The position numbers and the translations under genes were made by a program. DNA of 42,032 bases from a virus. The notes under the pieces are model-generated. The model was not told the DNA's origin. It searched no databases and worked only from the letters and a program-made list of their open reading frames with translations. The stretch lies in the IMG/VR virus record IMGVR_UViG_3300045988_070658. One strand, given 5' to 3'. Shown piece by piece: positions 23,471-32,171 of this stretch; positions within the stretch are counted from its first letter, which is position 1; every line of letters starts with the position of its first letter.

Positions 23471-24990
23471 TAAACCACGCAGATATCGAAAATATCATCG
23501 GCTGCAAGACCCTTGTGACCGACCGGATGCAGCGCGCCATAGAAGAGTGGTACGATGCAGCCATCGAAGGTCTGCCGCTGGACAAAAACCCGGAGACACT
23601 GACGCTCGATCTGCCCGCCCTGATCTGTGCCGAGCTGGCGCGTCTGACCACGCTGGAACTGGAGGTCACGGTGGAGGGCAGCGCCCGGGCAGACTGGATC
23701 AACGCCCAGCTGCAGCGGGTCATTACGCCCCGCAGACGGCGCATCTTCACGGTGGCGCTGGCGCTGGGCAGCGGCATCTGGAAGCCCTACCAGAGCGGCA
23801 GCAAGCTGGGGGTCACCTTCTGCAATGCATCCCGGTATTTCCCCGTAGCCCACGACGTAGAGGACAACCTGACCGAGGGCGTGTTCATCGACACCATTCA
23901 GGATGACGAGAACTACTACCACCGGCTGGAGTGGATGCACGTTCTGGAACGCCGACAGGATCTGCGGGATGCTGAACTGGAGCAGCTGGAGGACTACGAC
24001 CTCGCAGCACCTACACAGTTTCCCTGCATCAAGGTGGTAAACCTCGTCTTCCGCAGCGCAACACAGGACAGTCTGGGCAGCCCGGAGGATCTGAGCATCC
24101 GCCCGGAGTGGGACGAGATCCAGCCTGTCGCATATCTGACCGGGCTGGAAAAGCTCCCGGTCGGCTATTTTGTGACCCCCATTGTCAACAGCATTGAGCC
24201 AGACAGCGAACTGGGCGCGGCCATGTTCGAGCCTGCCCGGAAGCAGATCATCGATGCAGACGAGCAGTACACCCGGCTGGACTGGGAGTACGAGGGCGGC
24301 GAATTGGCCGTGGATACAGACGAGAAGTTTCTCAAGCCCAGTGCCGCCGGGCAGCAGCTGTCCAAGGCTGAAGCGCTGCGGCAATACGGCGTTCCGCCCG
24401 AAGCTATCGACAGCACCGCACCACACCACCGGGAGCGGCTGTTCCATGGCATCAACGTCAACACCGGCATCGTGGACGGTCAGCCTTTCTATCAGGTGTA
24501 CGCGCCCGCACTGCGAGACGGCAGCTATCTGTCCGGTCTGAACCAGTATCTGCGCAACGTAGAGAGCCATGCCGGGCTGAGTTTCGGCGTTCTGTCGCAG
24601 GTGGCAGACGTAGAAAAGACTGCCACCGAGATCGTAAACAGCAAACAGAAGCTGTACGCCACTGTTTCCGACCTTCAGGCAGCGCTGGAGGACGCCCTGC
24701 GCGGGTTGATCGACGCCCTGAACTATTGGGCAGACCATGTGCAGGACGCACCCGGCAGGGGCAGCGTGAGCGTTGCGTTCAAGTGGGACGACAGCATCAT
24801 TCTTGACCGCCTGACCGAGATGTCCCAGTGGCAGCAGGAGGTCGGGCTGGGTCTGCGCAGCAAGGCAGAGTACCGCCAGCACTTCTTCGGCGAGGATGAA
24901 AAGACCGCTACACTGGCGGTGCAGGCCATCCAGCGGGAGAACGGCGCTGTGGACATCCTGAAGGGAGTGATCGACAATGGCGACGGCTAA
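23467..24990 (+). CDS. Portal protein
   Basis: 507 aa. ATGA overlap with the terL stop. Canonical position and size. Confidence 0.75.
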   Translation: MINHADIENIIGCKTLVTDRMQRAIEEWYDAAIEGLPLDKNPETLTLDLPALICAELARLTTLELEVTVEGSARADWINAQLQRVITPRRRRIFTVALALGSGIWKPYQSGSKLGVTFCNASRYFPVAHDVEDNLTEGVFIDTIQDDENYYHRLEWMHVLERRQDLRDAELEQLEDYDLAAPTQFPCIKVVNLVFRSATQDSLGSPEDLSIRPEWDEIQPVAYLTGLEKLPVGYFVTPIVNSIEPDSELGAAMFEPARKQIIDADEQYTRLDWEYEGGELAVDTDEKFLKPSAAGQQLSKAEALRQYGVPPEAIDSTAPHHRERLFHGINVNTGIVDGQPFYQVYAPALRDGSYLSGLNQYLRNVESHAGLSFGVLSQVADVEKTATEIVNSKQKLYATVSDLQAALEDALRGLIDALNYWADHVQDAPGRGSVSVAFKWDDSIILDRLTEMSQWQQEVGLGLRSKAEYRQHFFGEDEKTATLAVQAIQRENGAVDILKGVIDNGDG

Positions 24991-25171
24991 GGCGCTCCAA
25001 GCAGAACGCATGAACAAGGCCGCTGACCGGCTGGACTGGCTGATGGCGAACGCCCGCGTCCTGCGCAGCCCGGCACTATGGGAAAAGTACCACGAAGCGG
25101 TGCGCATGGCCGGGCTTCTGGGCTTCACGGTGACCCAGACAGGCGGCAAGCATGAGGTGCGCCCATGCTGA
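24977..25171 (+). CDS. Hypothetical protein (64 aa)
   Basis: Overlapping start and stop with its neighbours in the packaging operon. Confidence 0.45.
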   Translation: MATAKALQAERMNKAADRLDWLMANARVLRSPALWEKYHEAVRMAGLLGFTVTQTGGKHEVRPC

Positions 25172-26373
25172 CCCCGGACGAGGTCAACGGCTACGCCGGA
25201 CTGATGGCCGCTCCATGGGACGAGCTGGAGGAGCGCATCCTGCGGGACATGGTGCGCCGGATCATCAAAGCGGGCGGCATCACCTCCACCGCAGAGTGGC
25301 AGAGCTTCCGTGCGCAGGCGCTGGGCGCAAGCCGGGCATACCTGCTGCGGCAGATGCAGGCCATCGTGCAGGAGCTGAGCCCGCAGGAAGCTGTTGTATT
25401 TGCCCATGCAATGAAGCAGGCATACACCAAGGACGCAGCCGATGCAGCCGCAGCAGGCCGCGCTTTGCAGCCCTTGGGCGAGAGCGAAGAAGCGCAGCAG
25501 CTGTTGGAAAGCGGCTACCGACGCACCATGAACACCCTGTACAACCTGACCCAGACCCGCGCTGTGATGGGCAACCAGAACATGGTGGAGACCACCCAGC
25601 GGCAGCTGGCCTATTATCTGGATATGGCGCACATGGATGCAGCCAGCGGTGCCTTCAGCTCCGACGCCGCCGCCCGCCGGGCGCTCAACGAACTGGCAGC
25701 CAAGGGCGTGGGGGCTATCACCTACCCCAGCGGGCATACCGATACGCTGGACGTGGTGGTCCTGCGCGCCACGCGGACAGGCATCAACCAGACCGCCGGA
25801 GAGATCACCCGGTTTAATGCAGACCGGCTGGAGTGCGACCTGATGGAACTGGACGCCCATGTGGGTGCGCGCACCGGAGATGGCGGACAAAACCTGACCA
25901 ACCACAGCTGGTGGCAGGGACAGATCGTCAGCCGCAGCGGGCAGCACGGGTACCTGTCCCTGAGCGACATCGGCTACGGCGATGTGCGCGGCTTTATGGG
26001 TGCTAACTGCGCCCACAACTGGAGTATGTACTGGGAGGGTGCCAGCAAACGCAGCTACACTGCCGACCGGCTGGCTGCTATCAATGCTGCGACTGTCACC
26101 TATAACGGCAAAGAACTGGGACGATACAAAGCCACCCAGATGCAGCGTGCGCAGGAGCGCCGGATACGCGCCGACAAGCGGGCTTTTCTGGTGGCAAAGG
26201 AAAGTGGCCAAAAGGATGCCGAAAAGGCCGCAGCGGCAAAGCTGGCGACCTCCCGCGCAAAGATGAAGGACTTCCTCCACCAGACCGGGCTGCATCAGTA
26301 CCAGCTGCGGGAGAGCGTGCCCGGCTTTGGACGCAGTGAAGCAGCCAGCGCAGCAGCACAAGCGAGAAAATGA
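25165..26373 (+). CDS. Head morphogenesis / minor capsid protein (SPP1 gp7 / Mu F-like)
   Basis: Follows the portal gene. N-terminal ..PWDELEERILRDMVRRI.. and central ..HSWWQGQIV...GANCAHNW.. resemble the Phage_Mu_F / minor capsid 2 families. Confidence 0.7.
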   Translation: MLTPDEVNGYAGLMAAPWDELEERILRDMVRRIIKAGGITSTAEWQSFRAQALGASRAYLLRQMQAIVQELSPQEAVVFAHAMKQAYTKDAADAAAAGRALQPLGESEEAQQLLESGYRRTMNTLYNLTQTRAVMGNQNMVETTQRQLAYYLDMAHMDAASGAFSSDAAARRALNELAAKGVGAITYPSGHTDTLDVVVLRATRTGINQTAGEITRFNADRLECDLMELDAHVGARTGDGGQNLTNHSWWQGQIVSRSGQHGYLSLSDIGYGDVRGFMGANCAHNWSMYWEGASKRSYTADRLAAINAATVTYNGKELGRYKATQMQRAQERRIRADKRAFLVAKESGQKDAEKAAAAKLATSRAKMKDFLHQTGLHQYQLRESVPGFGRSEAASAAAQARK

Positions 26374-26380
26374 GCCGTGC

Positions 26381-26409
26381 TGGACTTCCTGAATGGGCTG
26401 TGCTATAAT
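26381..26409 (+). promoter_or_regulatory. Sigma70-type promoter with extended -10 (TGGACT-N17(..TGC)-TATAAT) for the lipoprotein moron
   Basis: TATAAT 26404-26409 preceded by TGC. -35 TGGACT at 26381-26386. Confidence 0.6.
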
Positions 26410-26437
26410 TCAGGCCAGAATAAAGGAGGTTTCATCT

Positions 26438-26947
26438 ATGAAAATCAAGAACTTTGTCCGGGCGGGTATTGTCCTGCTCGCGCTGGCATTCAGCTTGACG
26501 GCCTGCGGCGGCAGCGCTTCCAGCACTGCAAGCAGCGTAGCATCCAGTGCCCCAGTCAGTTCTGTAAGCGAGAGCGTTACACCGGAGACGGACTCTACCA
26601 GCGCAGAGTCCTCGCCCTTGGATGGTGTCAATTTCAGCGTGACTAAAGTTCGGAATGATGCCACTGGAAACTGGCGTATCTCCTGCATCGCCGAGAATCT
26701 CGACATGAGCGAGTATGCCTTGGACTACTACAAACAGTATTTCACGGGTGACAGCGAGATTCACTTCATCGTCAATTTCAACTACAACACCACCACAAAA
26801 ATCATGGTGATGGGCGGTGATCTGGACGTGACCGTTCAGGAGTACGTAGCCAAGGAAGAGCACGACGCAAAGGTGCTGGGCAGCGGAACTGTACTGGCCG
26901 AATATTTTGTAAACATCGAAACTGGCGAGATCGAGAAGGTCCGGTAA
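26438..26947 (+). CDS. Secreted lipoprotein (moron; possible superinfection exclusion)
   Basis: Signal peptide MKIKNFVRAGIVLLALAFSLTAC with lipobox L-T-A-C. AAGGAGG RBS. Own promoter and terminator. Confidence 0.75.
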   Translation: MKIKNFVRAGIVLLALAFSLTACGGSASSTASSVASSAPVSSVSESVTPETDSTSAESSPLDGVNFSVTKVRNDATGNWRISCIAENLDMSEYALDYYKQYFTGDSEIHFIVNFNYNTTTKIMVMGGDLDVTVQEYVAKEEHDAKVLGSGTVLAEYFVNIETGEIEKVR

Positions 26948-26956
26948 ACATACAGC

Positions 26957-26999
26957 GAAAACGCCCTGAAGGAATACACCTTCAGGGCGTTTTTTTTTT
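26957..26999. terminator. Bidirectional rho-independent terminator
   Basis: 12-bp stem 26961-26972 / 26979-26990, A-run on the 5' side and nine T on the 3' side. Sits between convergent genes. Confidence 0.85.
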
Positions 27000-27009
27000 A
27001 TTGAGTAAT

Positions 27010-27291
27010 TCAATTGAAGTGCTCCAGCAGTTCATCCACAAAAGCCTTTGCCGCCGGGGTCAGTGGGCGGGTGCACCAGCCACGGTCAAAGCAGGCAACC
27101 TCCTGCCAGTAGCGAACCTCACCGGGAGGTAGCTCAGCGATCCAGAGCTTTGAGACCCTGCCACCGTTAATACCGAACTGGCTGCCAGTTGCGTAAACCT
27201 TGGCTTCCCACCGGAACACGTGCCCGTTTCGCTCGGTCTGGCCTTCATGCCAGAGCTGACCGCCCATCTCTGCACGGAATCCACGCATCAC
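27010..27291 (-). CDS. Hypothetical protein (93 aa), last gene of the minus-strand operon
   Basis: Overlapping start and stop with the upstream gene. No family recognised. Confidence 0.55.
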   Translation of the reverse strand: MMRGFRAEMGGQLWHEGQTERNGHVFRWEAKVYATGSQFGINGGRVSKLWIAELPPGEVRYWQEVACFDRGWCTRPLTPAAKAFVDELLEHFN

Positions 27292-27554
27292 TGATCACCC
27301 CCGCCGTAGTCCACCACATAGCCGTTGTACACGAAGTTCTCTGCCGCCATGGCAGCGTCGAGGATCCGGTTTGCATACTCGGCAGCTTCCGCCGGGCTCT
27401 TGATCCCGAGAGAGCCCCACTGGACTCCCAGCTTCACCGGTGTGCCCTGCCGGGCAAAGTTGGTGTTGAAAATCCGAATGCAGTCCCACTCAGTGAACTG
27501 CGCCTGAAGCGCACCCAGCGCCTCGTTGTACACCTTCCAGTTGACCGTCTTCAT
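27288..27554 (-). CDS. Hypothetical protein (88 aa)
   Basis: GAGGAGGGG RBS on the minus strand. No family recognised. Confidence 0.55.
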   Translation of the reverse strand: MKTVNWKVYNEALGALQAQFTEWDCIRIFNTNFARQGTPVKLGVQWGSLGIKSPAEAAEYANRILDAAMAAENFVYNGYVVDYGGGDQ

Positions 27555-27567
27555 AGATTACCCCTCC

Positions 27568-27789
27568 TCAATTTGCCTTAATCAGAATGCCCTTGTCCAA
27601 TGCGAACCACACACCATCGTCCTTCTGCACGGTCTTGCAGCCCTGTGCCCGGAGCAGCTCCCGCATCTTCGACAGCTGGTGCTCAGTGCACTGCATCCAG
27701 AAGAACCCGGCATAGTTAAACCACTCGTTGCTCTGGATGTTCACAGTGCGGGCATTCTCAAAAATGCGGTTGAAGGTGCTGGTTTTCAT
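27568..27789 (-). CDS. Hypothetical protein (73 aa)
   Basis: AAGGAGGA RBS on the minus strand. No family recognised. Confidence 0.55.
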   Translation of the reverse strand: MKTSTFNRIFENARTVNIQSNEWFNYAGFFWMQCTEHQLSKMRELLRAQGCKTVQKDDGVWFALDKGILIKAN

Positions 27790-27809
27790 GATTTTGTCCT
27801 CCTTTTTGA

Positions 27810-28214
27810 TTACACATCAAAGCTGACCGAATGATATGCGAACCAGTGCCCACAGCGGCGGTGCAGCTTGTACCAGTTTGTGAAACGCTGACCGGAACAG
27901 TCATAGGGTGTGGGGCGAAACTCATAGTAGCGATTTGCCTGGAACCACTCGGCGGCATCGTCCTCATTGACCTTGTCCAGCTCGTCCGGGAGCCGCACCA
28001 GCTCAATGTAGCCATTAATGCCGTGCTCTTCGATAATGCGGCTGTCAGGTGCCGGGCGGTGGGTGAACTCCCGGATTTCGCGCTTGACATCGGCGATGTG
28101 CCTGTCCCGGCGAGCTACGTTCTCCACCGGAACAGTGACTTCTCTCAGGGTACGAACGAAACTGTAGGCTGCCCGCAGGCTTGCCATATCATTGATATTG
28201 AACACGATCACCAT
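27810..28214 (-). CDS. Hypothetical protein (134 aa)
   Basis: Start ATG 28214 (MVIVFNI..) overlaps the upstream stop. The ORF-track extension to 28355 overlaps the upstream gene. No family recognised. Confidence 0.5.
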   Translation of the reverse strand: MVIVFNINDMASLRAAYSFVRTLREVTVPVENVARRDRHIADVKREIREFTHRPAPDSRIIEEHGINGYIELVRLPDELDKVNEDDAAEWFQANRYYEFRPTPYDCSGQRFTNWYKLHRRCGHWFAYHSVSFDV

Positions 28215-28438
28215 TCCCCCTTCATGGCTGCCTGGGCGATTGCCCGCTCTTCCTTCTCCTGATCCAGCGCCTGTGCAAAAGCATCCAGCGCGCTGGCCCT
28301 CGTGATCGGACCGAACTCCTTCACAAAGTAGGCGAAGGTGCGCTCGTCCCAGCATTCGACATAGCCATCGCCGCCCTTATCGTAGTTCTCGCGGGCCAGC
28401 TTCATGAACTGGTCGTAGGTCAATGCACGTTCTTTCAT
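28208..28438 (-). CDS. Hypothetical protein (76 aa)
   Basis: AAGGAGGACTGAACC ATG context on the minus strand. Confidence 0.55.
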   Translation of the reverse strand: MKERALTYDQFMKLARENYDKGGDGYVECWDERTFAYFVKEFGPITRASALDAFAQALDQEKEERAIAQAAMKGEW

Positions 28439-28441
28439 GGT

Positions 28442-28693
28442 TCAGTCCTCCTTGTTCGTGTACTCGTCGGTGTCCCGGCTGGATTCGCCCATCAGAAACA
28501 CCCGGTGCTTGCCCTTGGCATCCCGTACCCAGTCGCCACCAAGAGCGGTGAGGGCGAAGATCATCCCTTGGTACTGACCCTCGGCGCACAGCCGGGTCGG
28601 CTCCGGCAGGTCCTCCCGGTGCATGACGCACCACTGAGAGTCCATATTGAACGCCAGCGTCCCCAGATGGCCGCGCAGTTCCTTCTTCTTCAT
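28442..28693 (-). CDS. Hypothetical protein (83 aa)
   Basis: AAGGAGGACTAAACC ATG context on the minus strand. Confidence 0.55.
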   Translation of the reverse strand: MKKKELRGHLGTLAFNMDSQWCVMHREDLPEPTRLCAEGQYQGMIFALTALGGDWVRDAKGKHRVFLMGESSRDTDEYTNKED

Positions 28694-28706
28694 GGTTTAG
28701 TCCTCC

Positions 28707-28865
28707 TTAGTTGCCAGCGTAGGCCAGAATGCCTACGAAGTTATCCTGATCGACCATACGGAGTGCGAAGCGCTCCAGCGCCGCCTGGGTTTTGAACACC
28801 CGACGCTTAGTCACGATCTTGTCGTGGCTGCCGACCACCTGATACACAATCTCCAATTTAACCAT
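28707..28865 (-). CDS. Hypothetical protein (52 aa, below the ORF-track cutoff), first gene of the operon
   Basis: My own translation: MVKLEIVYQVVGSHDKIVTKRRVFKTQAALERFALRMVDQDNFVGILAYAGN. GGAGGA RBS 8 nt upstream of the ATG. Confidence 0.45.
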   Translation of the reverse strand: MVKLEIVYQVVGSHDKIVTKRRVFKTQAALERFALRMVDQDNFVGILAYAGN

Positions 28866-28915
28866 TTTTCGTTTTCCTCCGTTATTTTTTATCCCGGGAC
28901 TCTTCCGGTAGCCGT

Positions 28916-28944
28916 ATATTACCTCTGCGTAGAAACAAAGTCAA
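28916..28944 (-). promoter_or_regulatory. Sigma70-type promoter TTGACT-N17-TAATAT driving the seven-gene minus-strand operon
   Basis: The reverse complement of 28939-28944 is TTGACT and that of 28916-28921 is TAATAT, with a 17-nt spacer. Confidence 0.6.
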
Positions 28945-28980
28945 GTTGTTTTTGATTTGTTTTTCAATTTCTTTTAGTTG

Positions 28981-29009
28981 TTGACTTTTGCCCTGGCAAG
29001 TCGTATCCT
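28981..29009 (+). promoter_or_regulatory. Sigma70-type promoter TTGACT-N17-TATCCT for the divergent HTH gene
   Basis: TTGACT 28981-28986, 17-nt spacer, TATCCT 29004-29009. About 25 nt upstream of ATG 29034. Confidence 0.5.
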
Positions 29010-29033
29010 TGTGGCAGAAAGGAGCGATTTAAA

Positions 29034-29261
29034 ATGACCACATCCTCAAGGATCAAAGCCCTGTTAGAGCTGACCAGCACCGAACAGACAGCCTTCGCCG
29101 CAGCGTTCGGCATGACCACCCCGCAGGCCATGAATAACAAGCTGCGGCGGGACAGCTGGTCGGCAAAAGACCTCGCCAAAGCCGCCACGATCTGCGGTGC
29201 GCAGCTGGCATTCCTTCTGCCGGACGGCTCCCGGCTCATCATCAGCCCGGAAGAGGAATAA
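29034..29261 (+). CDS. XRE/Cro-type HTH regulator (75 aa), divergent from the small-gene operon
   Basis: ..TSTEQTAFAAAFGMTTPQAMNNKLRR.. is an HTH. AAGGAG RBS. Own promoter and terminator. Confidence 0.65.
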   Translation: MTTSSRIKALLELTSTEQTAFAAAFGMTTPQAMNNKLRRDSWSAKDLAKAATICGAQLAFLLPDGSRLIISPEEE

Positions 29262-29276
29262 CCGCTACACGGCAAA

Positions 29277-29324
29277 GAAGCCCCGCCCCACGGAGAACGA
29301 GCCTCCCGGGGCGGGGCTTCTTTT
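29277..29324 (+). terminator. Strong rho-independent terminator
   Basis: 13-bp GC-rich stem GAAGCCCCGCCCC (29277-29289) / GGGGCGGGGCTTC (29308-29320), followed by TTTT. Confidence 0.8.
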
Positions 29325-29337
29325 GCAACATACGAAA

Positions 29338-29568
29338 GCAACAAAAATTTAGTTGATTGCAACATTTATCAACATACAAACCCGTCTCGGTTTGTATGCA
29401 GCCAAAAACCTAGGCGTGATGCGGCTTTTTGCCACCTAACATACAGAACATACGAAATCTCTTATAAAGACCCTGAACAGAAGAAAATAAGAATACACGC
29501 GTATAGGAATAGCCTTATACCCTTCGCGTGAGGGATTTATAGGGTTTTCGTATGCTTTGTATGCTCGG
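29338..29568 (+). repeat. Structured AT-rich repeat element, copy C (231 nt)
   Basis: Collinear with copy A. Hairpin 1 at 29373-29398. Long hairpin 29438-29565. An extra iteron lies at about 29327. Confidence 0.85.
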
Positions 29569-29572
29569 AAAT

Positions 29573-29607
29573 TCATAACGTTTTTTGCCCGAAGGCTGTG
29601 GTACGAT
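29573..29607 (+). promoter_or_regulatory. Conserved promoter-like motif, site 4 (TCATAACGTTTT-N17-TACGAT, TGG extended -10) upstream of the scaffold and capsid genes
   Basis: Same 12-mer, spacing and TGn-TAnnnT as sites 1-3. Lies 100 nt upstream of ATG 29707. Confidence 0.55.
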
Positions 29608-29706
29608 AACACACAGATCACACCACGCACCCGGTGTCAGAGAGGTGCAGGGCCACGCGCACGGCAGCGCGTCAACAATGCTGTAGGCCCACCGGGAGGT
29701 AACACA

Positions 29707-30336
29707 ATGAAACGTGAGGATTTGAGAGCCATCGAGGGTCTGACCGAAGAGCAGATCAACGAGATCATGCGCCTGCATGGTCAGGATGCAGCCGCTCATC
29801 AGGCCACTGTACAGGGTCTGCAGGCGCAGCTGACCACCGCACAGCAGGGTCTGGCAGCCTTTGAGGGCGTAGATGTCAACGATCTGCGCAGTCAGATCAG
29901 TGACCTGACGAACCAGCTGACGCAGCAGGCTGCGGAGTTTGCCTTCACCGGCGTGCTCCGCGCTGCTGCTCACGAAGCGGGCGCACTGGACGAAGAGGAT
30001 GCTATCACGCTGCTGCCGAACAGAGCTACACTGCGCGACAGCAAGAATCAGGCTGAGGATGTCAAAAACGCCTTCGCCGCACTCAAAACTCACAAGCCGT
30101 ATCTTTTCCAGCAGGGCTCCCCCGCCCCGCAGGATAGCGGCACAGACCCGCAGCCGGGCAACGAACCGCAGGGCAACCCCATCATCGTCCCGAAGCCCCG
30201 TAGTCAGGGTGGCAGTGCACAGCCGTCCCTGCAGGAGTTTCTCCAGATGAGCGGCGCAGAGCGCATGGCGCTGCGTACCCGCAACCCGGCACTTTTCCAG
30301 CAGCTCTCGGCACAGATCCGGGCTGCACGACACTAA
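29707..30336 (+). CDS. Scaffolding protein
   Basis: ATG 29707 after GGGAGG. Coiled-coil Q/A/L-rich 209 aa. Lies immediately upstream of the major capsid gene. Confidence 0.7.
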   Translation: MKREDLRAIEGLTEEQINEIMRLHGQDAAAHQATVQGLQAQLTTAQQGLAAFEGVDVNDLRSQISDLTNQLTQQAAEFAFTGVLRAAAHEAGALDEEDAITLLPNRATLRDSKNQAEDVKNAFAALKTHKPYLFQQGSPAPQDSGTDPQPGNEPQGNPIIVPKPRSQGGSAQPSLQEFLQMSGAERMALRTRNPALFQQLSAQIRAARH

Positions 30337-30351
30337 CGAGGTAACAATTCT

Positions 30352-31347
30352 ATGGCCATTACCGGCACTTTTGGCGGCTTCCCGTTTGACCCCGAGGTCT
30401 ATCAGGGCTTTGTGGATCAGGAAGCCACTTTCTCCGATCCCATCCTCGCCTCCGGCATTCTGGCAACCGACCAGAGCCTGGCCGCTTCGCTGGACAACGG
30501 CGGCGTGATGGGTACCATCCGTTTCTATAACCCGCTGGATCCTGACACCGATGCTCCGCTGGTGCGTGACGGCGTGACCGATAACGTCCCCACCGAGATC
30601 GCAGGCGGTAAGCAGTCCTGGATCCGTATTGACCGCATGAAGGCTTGGAAGGCGCTCGAGCTGACCCGTGAGCTGACCTCTGCTGACCCCATGGCGGCTG
30701 TAGCGCGCAACACTGGCCGCTACTGGCGTATGTACAAGCAGGGTCTGCTGGTCAAGCTGGTCAACGCCGTTCTGGGCGTTTCCGGTCTGGAAAACCATGT
30801 TCTGACGGTCAAGAGCGGCGGCGTTACCGCCAACCAGCTGATCGACGTGCAGCAGGCAGCACTGGGCGATATGTCCGGCAAGTTCGGCCTCCTGGTGGTC
30901 CACTCCAAGATCATGGCTGAGTACAAGAAGATGGGCCTGCTGAACTACAACAAGTACACCATCACCAACGTGCTCCAGAAGGAAGTCAGCCTGCCCACCA
31001 TCAACGGTCTTGTGGTCATCGAGAATGACCGTGGCACCGATGACGGCACCAATTACAACAGCTTCCTGCTGGGTCAGGGCTCCGTGCTGACCGCTAACCC
31101 CAAGGTCATCACCCCGGACTCCACCGAGTACGATGCAGCCAAGGCAGGCGGCACCGATATCCTGTACAACAACCGCTCCTTCATCCTGCATCCCAACGGC
31201 ATCTCTTTTGATGCTGACAGCATCCAGAAGGAGACCCCCACGGACGAGGAGTTCACCAATGCAGCCAACTGGAAGCTGAAGTTCGACCATAAGAACGTCC
31301 GTATGGGCAAGATCAGTATCCCCAAGGCCAACTTTACTGAGGGCTAA
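30352..31347 (+). CDS. Major capsid protein
   Basis: 331 aa. Position after the scaffold gene. N-terminal MAITGTFGGFPFDPEVYQGF.. resembles E-type capsid proteins. Confidence 0.75.
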   Translation: MAITGTFGGFPFDPEVYQGFVDQEATFSDPILASGILATDQSLAASLDNGGVMGTIRFYNPLDPDTDAPLVRDGVTDNVPTEIAGGKQSWIRIDRMKAWKALELTRELTSADPMAAVARNTGRYWRMYKQGLLVKLVNAVLGVSGLENHVLTVKSGGVTANQLIDVQQAALGDMSGKFGLLVVHSKIMAEYKKMGLLNYNKYTITNVLQKEVSLPTINGLVVIENDRGTDDGTNYNSFLLGQGSVLTANPKVITPDSTEYDAAKAGGTDILYNNRSFILHPNGISFDADSIQKETPTDEEFTNAANWKLKFDHKNVRMGKISIPKANFTEG

Positions 31348-31350
31348 ACC

Positions 31351-31746
31351 ATGGACAACTGGCTGACCTACAAAGAATATGCCAGCCGGTACCCCGAGGA
31401 TGCGCTGTCCGAGACCAGCTTCCCACAGCTTGCCGGTGACGCCGCGCTGTTCATTCTCAGCGCGACCCGCTGGACTGCCGTTCTGGCCGACACCGAGGAG
31501 CAGACCGGCGCGCTCCGGGATTGTCAGGCAAGGCTGGTGCATCTGGCCGCCGGGCTTGGCACGGACTGGGACGGTGTAACAAGCGTGAGCAACCACGGTT
31601 ACACCGAAAGCTACGCAACCGGGATGGACAAGCAGGCGTATCTGGGTGCACAGCAGCTGCGGATCGTAGAGCAGACCCTCTCCGCCCCCGCCACCCGCTG
31701 GATGCTGTATCGGGGCGCAAGCTACCGCCCGCCCCGCAGACGCTGA
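31351..31746 (+). CDS. Head-tail connector (gp6-like)
   Basis: Synteny directly after the capsid gene. 131 aa. Confidence 0.55.
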   Translation: MDNWLTYKEYASRYPEDALSETSFPQLAGDAALFILSATRWTAVLADTEEQTGALRDCQARLVHLAAGLGTDWDGVTSVSNHGYTESYATGMDKQAYLGAQQLRIVEQTLSAPATRWMLYRGASYRPPRRR

Positions 31747-31757
31747 GGGAGGACACT

Positions 31758-32171
31758 ATGCGAAAACCGCTTCTCGCAAACGCGAGTGTCACCCTTACGC
31801 ACTGCATCCGGCAGGGCACCAGCAGCAACAGCTACACGGTTATGCTGTCTGGCGTGAGCTGCCGCGAGGTATCCTGTGTTCGCACCGGCTCCGGCAATGG
31901 CTTTGCCCCGAATAACACCACCCAGATCTGCATTTTTGTGGGGCACACCACTGTAGCCCCGCAGAGCGGCGCAGGAGCGCCCGTAGATGCAGCAAGCACA
32001 TTCCTCACCCCGGCGGCATTCAAAGCCGCAGAGGACGCGCAGCGCGTCTCCTGTTGGACGCTGGCACCAGAGGACAAGGTGCAACTACCCAGCGGACGCA
32101 CCGGCGTTGTGACCAGTGTGCAGGACAACCGCACCGGGCGCTGCCCGCATTGGTATGTGGAGGTAACCTGA
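31758..32171 (+). CDS. Head closure / head-tail adaptor protein
   Basis: ATG 31758 after GGGAGGA. Synteny. Confidence 0.5.
   Translation: MRKPLLANASVTLTHCIRQGTSSNSYTVMLSGVSCREVSCVRTGSGNGFAPNNTTQICIFVGHTTVAPQSGAGAPVDAASTFLTPAAFKAAEDAQRVSCWTLAPEDKVQLPSGRTGVVTSVQDNRTGRCPHWYVEVT

Noticed and set aside
23233-26361. Very long antisense ORFs: 1042 aa here, and also 12418-14565, 10488-12431, 36816-38978, 29515-31596, 40182-41696, 20364-21716 and 15643-16815, all on the minus strand.
   Set aside because: They lie exactly opposite well-supported plus-strand genes with recognisable motifs. They lack an RBS, have Arg/Gly/Ala/Pro-rich compositions typical of the antisense frame in GC-rich DNA, and match no family I recognise.
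26948-26956. Isolated ACATACAGC, an iteron-like 9-mer, next to the bidirectional terminator.
   Set aside because: It is a single, imperfect occurrence with no tandem or inverted partner, which is compatible with chance in an AT-rich patch.
29262-29271. The 10-mer CCGCTACACG occurs right after the stop codons of both the holin gene (about 2622) and the HTH gene (29262).
   Set aside because: Hundreds of chance 10-mer matches are expected within 42 kb, and there is no extended similarity around them.
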